Part shown: positions 29,495 through 39,377 of the stretch, piece after piece
How the letters are laid out: the number at the start of each line of letters is the position of its first letter
Position numbering within the stretch: position 1 is the first letter of the stretch
NCBI GenBank assembly: GCA_963674825.1
Contig: OY771587.1
Location: 1-64,000 of the forward strand
Reading direction: 5' to 3'
DNA: 64,000 nt
Source: Candidatus Cloacimonadales bacterium
GTDB taxonomy: Bacteria > Cloacimonadota > Cloacimonadia > Cloacimonadales > JAIOQZ01
The notes under the pieces: generated by a model
Databases searched by the model: none
What the model was told of the DNA's origin: nothing
The model's input: the letters and a program-made list of their open reading frames with translations, nothing else
Position numbers and translations under genes: made by a program

Positions 29495-30793
29495 ATGGAA
29501 CTTCTGAGTAAAATCGAGAAGAAGACTGCCGTTGTGACCGTTGTAGGTCTTGGTTATGTCGGACTGCCCATGGCGGTTACTGTTGCCCGTAAGGGATTCA
29601 AAGTGCTTGGCGTAGATGTCAGCGATCACGCGGTGAACAGCGTAAACGCAGGCAAGAACTACATCGGCGACGTTGATGACAACGAGCTGAAAGAACTGGT
29701 TGAGAAAGGAATGCTTCGCGCAACAAGAGATTATTCTGAAGTCGCGGAAACAAGCGTGATTATGATCGCAGTCCCCACTCCCCTCGACAAGTATCAGCAG
29801 CCAGATTCCTCTTATGTTCGAGCAGCAACGGAATCGCTGGTCGATCATGTTACTCCTGGAACCCTGGTGATTCTCGAAAGCACCACTTATCCCGGAACTA
29901 CTGAAGAGATTATCGCACCGCTGTTTGAAGATAAAGGCTTCACCATCGGCGAAGATATATTCATCGCGTTCTCACCTGAGCGTGTCGATCCGGGCAATCA
30001 GCAGTACAAGACGAACAATACCCCCAAAGTAGTGGGTGGAATGACCGAAAAGTGCAACAAGGTCTCCGAAGTATTCTACAAAGCCATTCTTGATGCTGAA
30101 GTATATGCTGTTTCCTCTCCGCGCGTTGCTGAAATGGAAAAGATTTACGAAAACACCTTCCGAAATATCAACATCGCGCTCGCGAACGAAATGACTATCC
30201 TTTGCGACCGCATGGGCATCGATATCTGGGAAGTAATCGAAGCCGCGAAGACCAAACCTTACGGCTTCATGGCGTTCTATCCCGGCCCCGGCGTAGGCGG
30301 ACACTGTATCCCGATCGATCCCTTCTACCTTACCTGGAAGGCTCGTGAATTTAACTATCACACACGCCTTATCGAGCTTGCCGGCGAGATCAACGTGTCA
30401 ATGCCGTCCTTCGTGATCAACAAGGCACAGCGCCTTCTCAACGATGAAGGAATCGCCATTTCCCGTGCAAAGATACTCCTTCTCGGCGCGGCATACAAAA
30501 AGGACATCGAGGACATGCGCGAATCCCCCATCATGGAAGTGATCCACGAACTCGAAGCCCTCAACGCCGATTTCGATTACAACGATCCTCACGTACCGTC
30601 GTTCCACAACGAACTCACGGGCAAAGATTATCAATCAACCGATATAGAAAATTTGAAGAAGTACGATATCGTGATCATCATTACCGATCACACCGCATAT
30701 AACATGGAAGATATCGTCAAGCGATCCCGCCTGGTGCTTGACACTCGTTATGCAACCAAGGGAATCGACTCCGACAATGTCGTAAAACTGTAG
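29495..30793 (+). CDS. UDP-N-acetylhexosamine 6-dehydrogenase (WbpA/WbpO/WecC family)
   Basis: GLGYVGLP, AVPTP, LESTTYPGTTEE, SPERVDPGN, GVGGHCIPIDP, AYKKDIEDMRESP. Confidence 0.93.
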   Translation: MELLSKIEKKTAVVTVVGLGYVGLPMAVTVARKGFKVLGVDVSDHAVNSVNAGKNYIGDVDDNELKELVEKGMLRATRDYSEVAETSVIMIAVPTPLDKYQQPDSSYVRAATESLVDHVTPGTLVILESTTYPGTTEEIIAPLFEDKGFTIGEDIFIAFSPERVDPGNQQYKTNNTPKVVGGMTEKCNKVSEVFYKAILDAEVYAVSSPRVAEMEKIYENTFRNINIALANEMTILCDRMGIDIWEVIEAAKTKPYGFMAFYPGPGVGGHCIPIDPFYLTWKAREFNYHTRLIELAGEINVSMPSFVINKAQRLLNDEGIAISRAKILLLGAAYKKDIEDMRESPIMEVIHELEALNADFDYNDPHVPSFHNELTGKDYQSTDIENLKKYDIVIIITDHTAYNMEDIVKRSRLVLDTRYATKGIDSDNVVKL

Positions 30794-30841
30794 CGGAACA
30801 TTCGCAGCCGGAAACGTGAACCTTCCAACCCAGCCAAGGAG

Positions 30842-31816
30842 ATGAGCATGGACGAAGGTGATATTTTAAAGACAAAAACGATCCAACTGAAGAGCAAACG
30901 CGTTCAGTTAATCGTTCTGATTATTGTAATCGCCGCGATTCTATTGACCGGTTTCTATGTGGTCAATCCCGGCGAGGAAGCTGTTGTGCAGCGATTTGGC
31001 CAGTACGTTCGCACTACGTACTCCGGTCTTCATTTCAAGCTTCCCTTTGGGATCGAGCACAAGACGATCGTCAAAGTGAAGGAAATCCGTAAAGAAGAAT
31101 TCGGATTCCGTACCGTTGAAGCCGGAATCAAGACGCAGTATTCGCGTGGCGACTACTCGCAGGAATCCCTGATGCTCACCGGTGATCTCAATATCGTCGA
31201 TGTGCAATGGATCGTGCAATTTCGCGTAAAAGATTCCAAAAATTACTTGTTCAAGATTCGCGACAACCGCGAAACGCTTCGAATTCTGTCCGAATCAGCC
31301 ACCCGTCAGGTGGTGGGCGATCGCAGTGCGGACGAGGTGATCACCCTGAGTCGTCAGGAGATCGCAGAACTCGTGCTGGAAGCCCTTCAGGGAGCGCTGG
31401 ACAACTACGATGCCGGTATTGAGATTGTGACGGTCGTTATGCAGAACGTCAATCCGCCCAAGCCGGTTCAGCCGGCCTTCAACGAGGTCAACTCGGCTCG
31501 TCAGGAGCAGGACCGGATCATCAACGAAGCGCAGTCGCAATATAACAAGATCATTCCCGAGGCCAAGGGTCGTGCCCAGCGTATGATCCAGGAAGCCGAG
31601 GGTTATGCGATCAATCGCGTGAACCGAGCCCAGGGCGATGCTTCACGCTTCACCGAAATCCTGAAGGAATACCGCAAGGCCCCGACGGTTACGAAAAAGC
31701 GTATGTACCTGGAAACCATGCAGGAAGTTTTGCCCGAACTCGAACACGTGTATATGGTGGATGATAAGCTGAAGAGCTTCCTTCCGCTGCTGAATCTGCA
31801 AAAAGGAGGTGAGTGA
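30842..31816 (+). CDS. hflK: FtsH protease modulator HflK
   Basis: SPFH domain; MLTGDLNIVDV, PP.PVQPAFNEV, RMYLETM. Confidence 0.93.
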   Translation: MSMDEGDILKTKTIQLKSKRVQLIVLIIVIAAILLTGFYVVNPGEEAVVQRFGQYVRTTYSGLHFKLPFGIEHKTIVKVKEIRKEEFGFRTVEAGIKTQYSRGDYSQESLMLTGDLNIVDVQWIVQFRVKDSKNYLFKIRDNRETLRILSESATRQVVGDRSADEVITLSRQEIAELVLEALQGALDNYDAGIEIVTVVMQNVNPPKPVQPAFNEVNSARQEQDRIINEAQSQYNKIIPEAKGRAQRMIQEAEGYAINRVNRAQGDASRFTEILKEYRKAPTVTKKRMYLETMQEVLPELEHVYMVDDKLKSFLPLLNLQKGGE

Positions 31817-32802
31817 TGAATAAGCATATCGTGCAAATCATCCTGCTGGTCATCGCCATCTTCATCGTCGCGGACGCATTTTACACACTCGACGAACGTG
31901 AACAGGTCATCATCACACAGCTGGGACATCCCATTGGTGGAGCTGTCACCAAAGCTGGGCTTCATATGAAGATTCCGTTCATCCAGAAAGTCCACTACTT
32001 CGAAAAGCGGATTCTGGAATGGGACGGCGACCCCAATCGCGTTCCGACTGCCGACAAGAAATATATCTGGATCGATATTTTTGCTCGTTGGCGCATCGCG
32101 GACCCATTGACTTTCTTCCAGTCTGTTAACACCGAGAACGTAGCACACAGCCGCCTGGACGGTATCATCGATGGTAAAACGCGTGACATCATCGCGAAGA
32201 ATACGCTCATCGAGATCGTACGGAACTCCGACCGTCAGATGGAATTCGCTGTTGACGATGTTCCGACATTCGAAGAGATGATGAAAGAACAGGATCAGCG
32301 AGAAGGCAAAACCGCGTCGGATATGGAAGATCAGAACTTCAATTCTTCTGAAGGAAGGCGACATCAGATCGCGGTGGAGATTCTGGAAAAAGCGAAGATA
32401 GACGCAGAATTGCTTGGCATTGAACTTGTCGATGTTCGCATCAAACGCGTAAACTACGAAGATCAGGTGCGTCAAAAAGTATATGACCGCATGGTCTCTG
32501 AACGACAAAAAATATCCGCATGGTACCGATCTACTGGTGAAGGTGAAAAAGCCCGTATCCTGGGTGAGATGAAAAAGGAACTGGATCGAATCGAATCAGA
32601 AGCCTACCGTGAAGCTCAGGAGATACAGGGTCGTGCAGATGCAGAAGCCACACGGCTATACGCTGAAGCATACGAGAAGAATCCTGAATTCTTCGAATTC
32701 ATCAAGACACTCGAGTCTTATAAAAAGACCATGAACGAGAAAGGGACGCTGATCCTTTCGACGGACAGCGACTATCTGCAAGAACTTAAAGAAGGTAAAT
32801 AA
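31813..32802 (+). CDS. hflC: FtsH protease modulator HflC
   Basis: [48 protein letters not shown]. Confidence 0.93.
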   Translation: MMNKHIVQIILLVIAIFIVADAFYTLDEREQVIITQLGHPIGGAVTKAGLHMKIPFIQKVHYFEKRILEWDGDPNRVPTADKKYIWIDIFARWRIADPLTFFQSVNTENVAHSRLDGIIDGKTRDIIAKNTLIEIVRNSDRQMEFAVDDVPTFEEMMKEQDQREGKTASDMEDQNFNSSEGRRHQIAVEILEKAKIDAELLGIELVDVRIKRVNYEDQVRQKVYDRMVSERQKISAWYRSTGEGEKARILGEMKKELDRIESEAYREAQEIQGRADAEATRLYAEAYEKNPEFFEFIKTLESYKKTMNEKGTLILSTDSDYLQELKEGK

Positions 32803-32818
32803 AGCATTTGGAGGAAAC

Positions 32819-34156
32819 ATGAAGATCGCGATAATCGGAACAGGATATGTCGGTCTGGTTACTGGCACCTGTTTTGCCGATGTTGGCAACAATGTCATAT
32901 GCGTGGATAACGATACAAGCAAGATCGATCGTTTGAACAATGGCGAGATCCCGATCTACGAACCGGGCCTTGATCGTCTGGTTATCCGTAATTTCAAAGA
33001 AGGTCGCCTTACGTTTACGACCGATATTAAAAAAGCTGTGGAAGAATCACTGATTTGCTTCATCGCGGTGGGTACACCTCCGGATGAGGACGGATCTGCC
33101 GACCTTAGCTATGTTCTCGCTGTTGCGAAAGATATCGCAACCTACATGAACGATTATAAGATCGTTGTCGATAAATCTACGGTACCGGTCGGAACGGGCG
33201 ATAAGGTCAAAGCCCTGATTGATCAGGTTCTGAAAGAACGCGGAGCTGATTACGAATTCGACGTGGTTTCCAATCCCGAATTCCTTAAAGAAGGCGCAGC
33301 GATCGACGACTTCATGAAACCCGACCGCATCGTGATCGGAAGCGACAACGTTCGCGTCCGTGAGCTCATGCGCGTTCTCTATTCACCGTTTGCCCGTGCG
33401 CATGAGAAAGTGATTTTCATGTCGCTTCGCTCTGCCGAGATGACCAAGTACGCCGCCAACTCAATGCTGGCAACAAAGATCTCATTCATGAATGAAATCG
33501 CGACCCTTTGCGAGAAGTTGGGCGCTGACGTGGGCGAAGTTCGCCACGGTATCGGCTCTGATTCGCGCATTGGCTATAAATTTATTTATCCGGGTGTCGG
33601 CTACGGTGGAAGCTGCTTCCCAAAAGATGTCAAAGCCCTGATCCATATGGCGAACAAGAATGGTATCCTTCCACAGCTCATGCAAGCCGTCGAAGATGTC
33701 AATGCGCGCCAAAAAATGCTTCTCGCTGAAAAAGCGATCGCGCACTTCGGTGGCGATATCAAAGGCAAGAAGCTTGCACTGTGGGGTCTCTCATTCAAAC
33801 CCGAGACCGACGATATGCGTGAAGCACCTGCAATCATCATTATTGAAGCGTTACTTGAAGCTGGAGCAGAAATTGTCGCGTACGATCCGGTTGCAATCGA
33901 AGAATCCAAGAGACGCTTTGGTGAACGCGATGGCCTCACCTATGCGGATAGCAGCTATGCTGCGCTTGAAGGTGCAGATGCACTTCTGCTGATTACCGAA
34001 TGGCACCAGTTCCGCTATCCCGATTTCGAGAAGATTAAATCGCTGCTGAAGACTCCGGTCGTATTCGATGGAAGAAATCAGTACAGCTATTCGAAGCTCA
34101 AAGCGATGGGCTTCACCTATTACGGAATCGGCCTTGGAGACCAGGCAAACTCCTGA
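32819..34156 (+). CDS. ugd: UDP-glucose 6-dehydrogenase
   Basis: [54 protein letters not shown]. Confidence 0.95.
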   Translation: MKIAIIGTGYVGLVTGTCFADVGNNVICVDNDTSKIDRLNNGEIPIYEPGLDRLVIRNFKEGRLTFTTDIKKAVEESLICFIAVGTPPDEDGSADLSYVLAVAKDIATYMNDYKIVVDKSTVPVGTGDKVKALIDQVLKERGADYEFDVVSNPEFLKEGAAIDDFMKPDRIVIGSDNVRVRELMRVLYSPFARAHEKVIFMSLRSAEMTKYAANSMLATKISFMNEIATLCEKLGADVGEVRHGIGSDSRIGYKFIYPGVGYGGSCFPKDVKALIHMANKNGILPQLMQAVEDVNARQKMLLAEKAIAHFGGDIKGKKLALWGLSFKPETDDMREAPAIIIIEALLEAGAEIVAYDPVAIEESKRRFGERDGLTYADSSYAALEGADALLLITEWHQFRYPDFEKIKSLLKTPVVFDGRNQYSYSKLKAMGFTYYGIGLGDQANS

Positions 34157-34595
34157 CGAATACTGGATGGGACTTGCCCTCGAGGAAGCTCGCAAGGCGG
34201 CTGCGCTGGATGAGGTTCCAATTGGGGCAGTAATCGTAAAAGATGAGAAAATTGTCGCAACCGGTTATAACCTGACTCGCAACTGCGGCAATCCTTTAGC
34301 TCACGCCGAGAAGATCGCGATCGAAAAAGTTATCGATTCGGGTGAGAAATTCCTTTACGATTATACGCTGTTTGTGACGATTGAACCTTGCCTGATGTGT
34401 GCGGGAGCAATCATCTGGAGCCGGGTTGGACGTGTTGTTTTCGGCGCGTACGATGCCAAGGCAGGAGCGGTTGGTTCGATCTACAATGTCCTTCGGGACA
34501 AGAGCGTGAATCATCACCCGGAAGTCATTTCCGGTGTCAGAGAAGCCGAATGCTCTCAGCTGATTCAGGAGTTCTTTCAAAACAAACGTAATTGA
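34134..34595 (+). CDS. tadA: tRNA adenosine(34) deaminase
   Basis: [32 protein letters not shown]; start (TTG 34134) uncertain. Confidence 0.92.
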   Translation: METRQTPDEYWMGLALEEARKAAALDEVPIGAVIVKDEKIVATGYNLTRNCGNPLAHAEKIAIEKVIDSGEKFLYDYTLFVTIEPCLMCAGAIIWSRVGRVVFGAYDAKAGAVGSIYNVLRDKSVNHHPEVISGVREAECSQLIQEFFQNKRN

Positions 34596-34608
34596 TATAA
34601 GAAAATGC

Positions 34609-34698
34609 GGAGAGGTGCCGGAGCGGTTGAACGGGGCGGTCTCGAAAACCGTTGAATGCTTACGCATTCCCAGGGTTCGAATCCCTGCCTCTCCGCCA
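34609..34698 (+). tRNA. tRNA-Ser (anticodon CGA)
   Basis: GGAGAGG/CCTCTCC acceptor stem, anticodon arm gcggt-ctCGAaa-accgt, long variable arm, GGTTCGAATCC, encoded CCA. Confidence 0.97.
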
Positions 34699-34722
34699 TT
34701 TTTGTAGCTACAATTCTATATG

Positions 34723-34751
34723 AAGCCACCTTTTATGGTGGCGTTTTTTTT
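34723..34751 (+). terminator. Terminator after tRNA-Ser
   Basis: gccacc-tttta-tggtggc hairpin plus T run. Confidence 0.8.
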
Positions 34752-34788
34752 GGGGGGAAAAAGTCCCTGTGTCTGCCCGTTTCTCTTC

Positions 34789-34817
34789 CCTAGGAACGCG
34801 GACGTCCTCGTCCGCAT
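34789..34817 (+). repeat. Dispersed RAYT-type REP copy
   Basis: cctaggaacgcggacgtcctcgtccgcat aligns with the REP at 60484-60513 and carries a compensatory A-T to G-C stem change. Confidence 0.75.
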
Positions 34818-34833
34818 TGGTTTTCAGATCCCC

Positions 34834-34880
34834 TGAAATCATCTTCTGAATGTGCCGAACAGCGTGAGGCTCTTCCGATT
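34834..34880 (-). repeat. Bipartite TTCnGAA repeat copy
   Basis: Reverse complement reads aatcggaagag-N15-cacattcagaagatgatttca; 21 nt identical to 29376-29396. Confidence 0.72.
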
Positions 34881-35194
34881 GTTGGTTTCATGGGTTGTGT
34901 ATTATTGAAGAAGAATTGGGATATTGATGCCAAGCTGGGGCTTGGCGCTCCAAATGGATTGTAGGTGCTAATCTCCGAGCAGCGCTTCCTCTGGCTCGCT
35001 ATCGTTTCACTCGGGATTCGTGTTTGCAAGCAAACACACAGGAGGTCGAGCAATACAAAGCAATACTTGAGGCATCATCGATTGCCGTGTCGTCCTTCGA
35101 TACAATCCGACACGTCGGGTCACTCAGTGTGATACGGGATGAAGGCGAAAGGGGATGCGTCTCACCCTCACCAACTCGTGACTCTTTACGGGTA

Positions 35195-36997
35195 CTATTT
35201 CTCCTCACTCAGCGTTACCATCTTGGTCTCATGGCTATAGAAATCGAAAACGTACTGATTACTTTCCCGGTAGCGTTCCAGAATCTTCTGGATGCGATTT
35301 ACGGAGTTGTTCAAGCGCTTGAGATAGGTTTTCTCCTTTTCAGTGAGATTCCTCTCCCCCAGCGACGCAACAAGCAGCTCCAGATTACCCTGAATGACCA
35401 TCAGCGGTTGATTGATTTCATGGTTGGCCGTGACCGCCATCGCCAGCGCTGAGTTACGCCGTTCAAGATCGATCATTTCATTGCCTTGCTGCATAAGCCT
35501 CTTGTTGGCTTCCTTCAGGTCGGTGTTGATCTTCTCAAGTTCTTCGGATTCCTTTTTCTTGAGCTTGAGCTCGAGCTGCGCGGTAACTTCCTCGACCTTC
35601 TTCGCCATGCTCTCGCCGGTATGTTGATCTCGCAGCATGTTCTCATCGCGTAGAAGATCGGAAGATTTCCTGAATACTTCGCACGCTTCTTCAAACTGAT
35701 TCAGGCGCATTAAGGTGAGGCCTTTGCTGTCCAGCATATCCGCGTATGCGCGATAATGCCACAGTATAAGCTTCTTCGCCTGAATCTCGTCGATGAGCTT
35801 CCGGGCTTCCTCAAGTCGCTCTTCAATCCAGTCGAATGTCTTGATGTCTTTACGGTTATGGGCGTCTTCCGCCAGCATATAGCTCATGACGTTGATGGTC
35901 TCAATGAGCTCGTATTTGTTGCCGTGCTCCAGCGCTGTGTCATAGGATAATCGCACATAATCCACGGCTTTATTGATCTGCCCAGTATGCTGACAGACAA
36001 TGGACAGGTTGTTCAGCAGTGGCACTGTCTCCCGTTTCAGGTTCCCCTGAAGATATACGCCCAGTGCTTTCTCGTAGTACTCACGAGCTTTCTCCGACTC
36101 ACGCATCTTCATATAAACAAGCCCGACATTATTCAACGAAGACGCATATCCACCAGGGCTACCGAGCCTGTCGTAGATCTCCGCGGATTTCTGATAATAC
36201 TCAAGCGCCAGTTCAGAATGATTGTTGTCCATGTAGATATTGCCAAGGGTGAGTAAGTTTCCGGCGAGTGTTTTTTCCAAATTGTGCTGTTCACAGATAT
36301 CTCTTGCTTTTGAGAGGCAGTTGATCGCTTCTTCATCCTCACCCTGCCGATTGAGGATATTCCCCATCTTGCTCCAGGCGTTTGCTTTGGCATGAGGCGT
36401 CATGATATCCTGATAATCATCAAGAATACGCTGCAAATAACGGCGACAGACGACGTAATCGCCCTTGAGCCATTGTAGTGTCACCTGAAGGTGTAACGTC
36501 TTGAGAATCTCGATTCGATTCCCTGATGGCTCATAATATTCCTGTGACTGGTCAATAAAGGGTTCGGCTTCTTTGTCGCGGTCTTCGTGTAAAAGTAGGG
36601 TGGCCGTCAGCTGGTTCAGCTTCGCAGACAAGTCGTCTAGATTTATTTCTTTCACTTTGGGTGTGATATCCACCAGCAAATCGAACGCCTGTTTATAATC
36701 TTCGTTTCGGATAAGCTCATAAATCCACAGAAACTCAAAACGAACTACGTCCCCAGCTGTACCGTTGCGACGGACGAGCTCACAGATATCCTCATACAGC
36801 TCGATATCCGGCTTCTGTGCTCTACGATCCTGGTAGTAACTGCTGGCATCGAACAAAATCCTGTGGAGTTCTGTTATCTGGTTCTGTACTTCTGCTTTTT
36901 CCAAAGCAGATTCAACCTTTTTCATGAAATCACGCAGATCAATCTGATCAAAGTCTGCGGTTCTGAGATCTTCCATAGCTTGGATGAATGTGTTCAT
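35195..36997 (-). CDS. TPR-repeat protein with C-terminal HisKA domain and no ATPase domain
   Basis: TPR array (LGNIY, LNNVGLVY, LNNLSIV), coiled coil, H-box ANHEINQPLMVIQG; protein ends about 65 aa later. Confidence 0.82.
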   Translation of the reverse strand: MNTFIQAMEDLRTADFDQIDLRDFMKKVESALEKAEVQNQITELHRILFDASSYYQDRRAQKPDIELYEDICELVRRNGTAGDVVRFEFLWIYELIRNEDYKQAFDLLVDITPKVKEINLDDLSAKLNQLTATLLLHEDRDKEAEPFIDQSQEYYEPSGNRIEILKTLHLQVTLQWLKGDYVVCRRYLQRILDDYQDIMTPHAKANAWSKMGNILNRQGEDEEAINCLSKARDICEQHNLEKTLAGNLLTLGNIYMDNNHSELALEYYQKSAEIYDRLGSPGGYASSLNNVGLVYMKMRESEKAREYYEKALGVYLQGNLKRETVPLLNNLSIVCQHTGQINKAVDYVRLSYDTALEHGNKYELIETINVMSYMLAEDAHNRKDIKTFDWIEERLEEARKLIDEIQAKKLILWHYRAYADMLDSKGLTLMRLNQFEEACEVFRKSSDLLRDENMLRDQHTGESMAKKVEEVTAQLELKLKKKESEELEKINTDLKEANKRLMQQGNEMIDLERRNSALAMAVTANHEINQPLMVIQGNLELLVASLGERNLTEKEKTYLKRLNNSVNRIQKILERYRESNQYVFDFYSHETKMVTLSEEK

Positions 36998-37190
36998 TAT
37001 TATCTGCTTCCCGACAAATTTTCATATAGATGAATCAATAGGATATCATCATATATCTTGTCAATCATTACCCATTTTATGCATTGAACTCATGCGACAC
37101 ATTTTCCTGTAAGATATTGATAACCGCTATTTTACTTATTCGGTAAATTTTGCGTATAGCTTGCTATAGCTGGATTCACTTTTTTCCAGA

Positions 37191-37619
37191 TCAATCGTAG
37201 AGGAAATACTTCCTCGAGAAAAAATTCCAGATATAGACGAACGGGTTGGTCAGAATGTTAGAGATGACATAATAGATACAAAGCTTGGATGTGAAGATCC
37301 ACAGGAAAAATTCATAGATGATCAAGCCGAAGAGATTGATCACAAGGAACGTGGACAGCTCGTAGAGCTTGCTATGATGCTCCCTGCTGTGAAACACCCA
37401 TTTCACTCCGATGATGTAATTGATCACCAGATACACGGAAAATGCGATTGCACCGGCGAACATATAGTGAAGATTCGCCAATTCCTTGAGCACAACCAAT
37501 ACCGTGAGCTCGATAAACCACGTCAGCGCTGCTGTAAGAGCGTAGCGGATCGATTGAACCCATGTGTTCTTCGTGCGTTTTCGAAAGACTCTGTGGAAGA
37601 TTTTTGCGGGTGAAATCAC
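37191..37619 (-). CDS. GtrA-family membrane protein
   Basis: Four hydrophobic segments; Q.IRY, NY....KWVF, WNFFSRK. Confidence 0.85.
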   Translation of the reverse strand: MISPAKIFHRVFRKRTKNTWVQSIRYALTAALTWFIELTVLVVLKELANLHYMFAGAIAFSVYLVINYIIGVKWVFHSREHHSKLYELSTFLVINLFGLIIYEFFLWIFTSKLCIYYVISNILTNPFVYIWNFFSRKYFLYD

Positions 37620-37634
37620 GACCTCCCGTCAGGC

Positions 37635-39362
37635 TCATTCTTTATCAGGAAAGTATCTCCGGTATGACTTTGCGCTCAGCTTCTGCAAATCGAACAGACC
37701 AAGCCCGTCAACCGTGTTGGAGAAACTTTCGTCCACTCCAAAATCTATAAAGGTCAAACCACCGTAATCGCATAACCTCGTATATTCCTTGTAAAGAACC
37801 GGAATAGTGAATCCCATTCCCTTGAGCGCGATCTTCATATTCGTAAATTCTTCGGTGTAATTTTCGCCGTTGAGAGTTGCTTCGGCTTCCTCTTCGGCTT
37901 TTTTTGACAGCACAAACTGCTTCTTCGCAACCGCCAGATTCTGGTCATTACCGTACCATTTCTTGTAGTAATAAACCATCATGGATTTCGCAAGTTCATT
38001 GTACGAATCGCTGATGCTGATACATCCGAACATCCAGCGTATCTCGGGGTTGCGGGTCAGGAATGCGCCGATTCCCTTCCATAAATACTCCAGCGCATGG
38101 CTCTTCCAATACTTGTATTGCACGAAGCTGCGCCCAAGTTCAACACAATTTGCCAGAATCGGATGAAAATCCTCGCTAAAATCGAATAGCGATGCCGAAT
38201 AAAAAGCATCTGGACCGAACTTCTGCATGATCTCGCGTCCATCGCCGATGCGATAAGAGCCCATAATCTCGAGGTTCTCATCGTCCCAGACGACGATATG
38301 CTTGTAATAAGCATCGTATTCATCCGTATCCAGCTTACCGCCAGTACCTTCACCAACCTTGCGGAAGGTTTGCTCGCGAAGGCGCGAAATCTCGCGGATG
38401 ATATGAGGAGCTTTGTCCCCATGCACCAGATAGACATGCTTCTTCTCTTGCGGTTTCACAAGAAATTCTGCGTCAGCGAGCTCTTCACGCAGGTGATGCT
38501 TTGGAACTGGATGTATGATCGTCTTGACCGTCTTGAAGACGCCCTTACGTCCCTGACCTAACCGATAAACATGCTTCTTGAGCAGCTTCGTCACGTCATT
38601 CAAATTCATACCGGATGCCTTCAAAACGCTAGGCGGAATCGGGTCACCGATCTTGAAAGTTATATTGTGGTTCCGCTTTCGGAAGATTTCATCTGCCAGC
38701 AGGAACGTGGAGAAATTTCTATGTAGCAGCGAGAAGCAATAGAATCCTGGGGAATTAAAGCCTTTCACGAACACAGGCAGAATAGGTGCATCGAATTTCT
38801 GCGCGAACTGCACAGCGCCTTTCTTCCAATACCCGTCACGGATACCTTTGACACCAAAACGCGAAACCTCGGCAGCCGGGAAGAAAATCACCGCTTCTTC
38901 GTTGAGAAGCGCATTACGGATACGATTTACCGATTCCTTCTGATTCTTCGTTGAAAAAACATCGAATGGTATTGCGAATTCCTGCAGCGGTTCGAACATC
39001 ATCAGAAGATCGTTCAGGACGATTCTTACGTCCTTTCGTATCTCGTAGATCATCTTGATCAGCGCAACGCCGTCCATAGCTCCCAGCGGGTGGTTTGCCA
39101 CGATTACGAGCTTTCCTTCCGAAGGGATTTTCTCACGGTCGCTGTTGGAAATCAAGTATGAGAAGTTCAGGTATTCAAACATCGTCTCAATGAAACGAAT
39201 TCCCCGCTTGTCATGGTGGAGATCGACAAATTCGTTAACCTCCCGAGCATGCACAACGCGTTCAAGGAAGTGATACACCAACGATCTCATGAAACCAGGG
39301 TAGCGACTCATGAAGTTTTCACTCTTCGCGTTAATCGCTTCTCTGAGGTCGATTTTCTGCAT
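37635..39362 (-). CDS. Fused PlsC-type acyltransferase + GNAT N-acyltransferase (OlsF-like)
   Basis: ANHPLGAMDG, FFPAAEVS; LREQTFRKVGEGTG, DEYD.YY.H, GSYR, ELGRSFV. Confidence 0.85.
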   Translation of the reverse strand: MQKIDLREAINAKSENFMSRYPGFMRSLVYHFLERVVHAREVNEFVDLHHDKRGIRFIETMFEYLNFSYLISNSDREKIPSEGKLVIVANHPLGAMDGVALIKMIYEIRKDVRIVLNDLLMMFEPLQEFAIPFDVFSTKNQKESVNRIRNALLNEEAVIFFPAAEVSRFGVKGIRDGYWKKGAVQFAQKFDAPILPVFVKGFNSPGFYCFSLLHRNFSTFLLADEIFRKRNHNITFKIGDPIPPSVLKASGMNLNDVTKLLKKHVYRLGQGRKGVFKTVKTIIHPVPKHHLREELADAEFLVKPQEKKHVYLVHGDKAPHIIREISRLREQTFRKVGEGTGGKLDTDEYDAYYKHIVVWDDENLEIMGSYRIGDGREIMQKFGPDAFYSASLFDFSEDFHPILANCVELGRSFVQYKYWKSHALEYLWKGIGAFLTRNPEIRWMFGCISISDSYNELAKSMMVYYYKKWYGNDQNLAVAKKQFVLSKKAEEEAEATLNGENYTEEFTNMKIALKGMGFTIPVLYKEYTRLCDYGGLTFIDFGVDESFSNTVDGLGLFDLQKLSAKSYRRYFPDKE

Positions 39363-39377
39363 GAATTCTCCTGTAAT

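Noticed and set aside
29495..34156. Two UDP-sugar dehydrogenases as a polysaccharide biosynthesis island
   Set aside because: They are separated by hflKC, with no glycosyltransferase, flippase or polymerase genes, and composition looks native.
34609..35190. Possible tRNA-anchored genomic island or SRP RNA after tadA-tRNA-Ser
   Set aside because: No integrase, no duplicated tRNA 3' end noticed, and no SRP domain IV motif.
35024..35452. 142-aa plus-strand ORF
   Set aside because: It overlaps the TPR-HisKA gene in antisense and repeat remnants, with no motif support.
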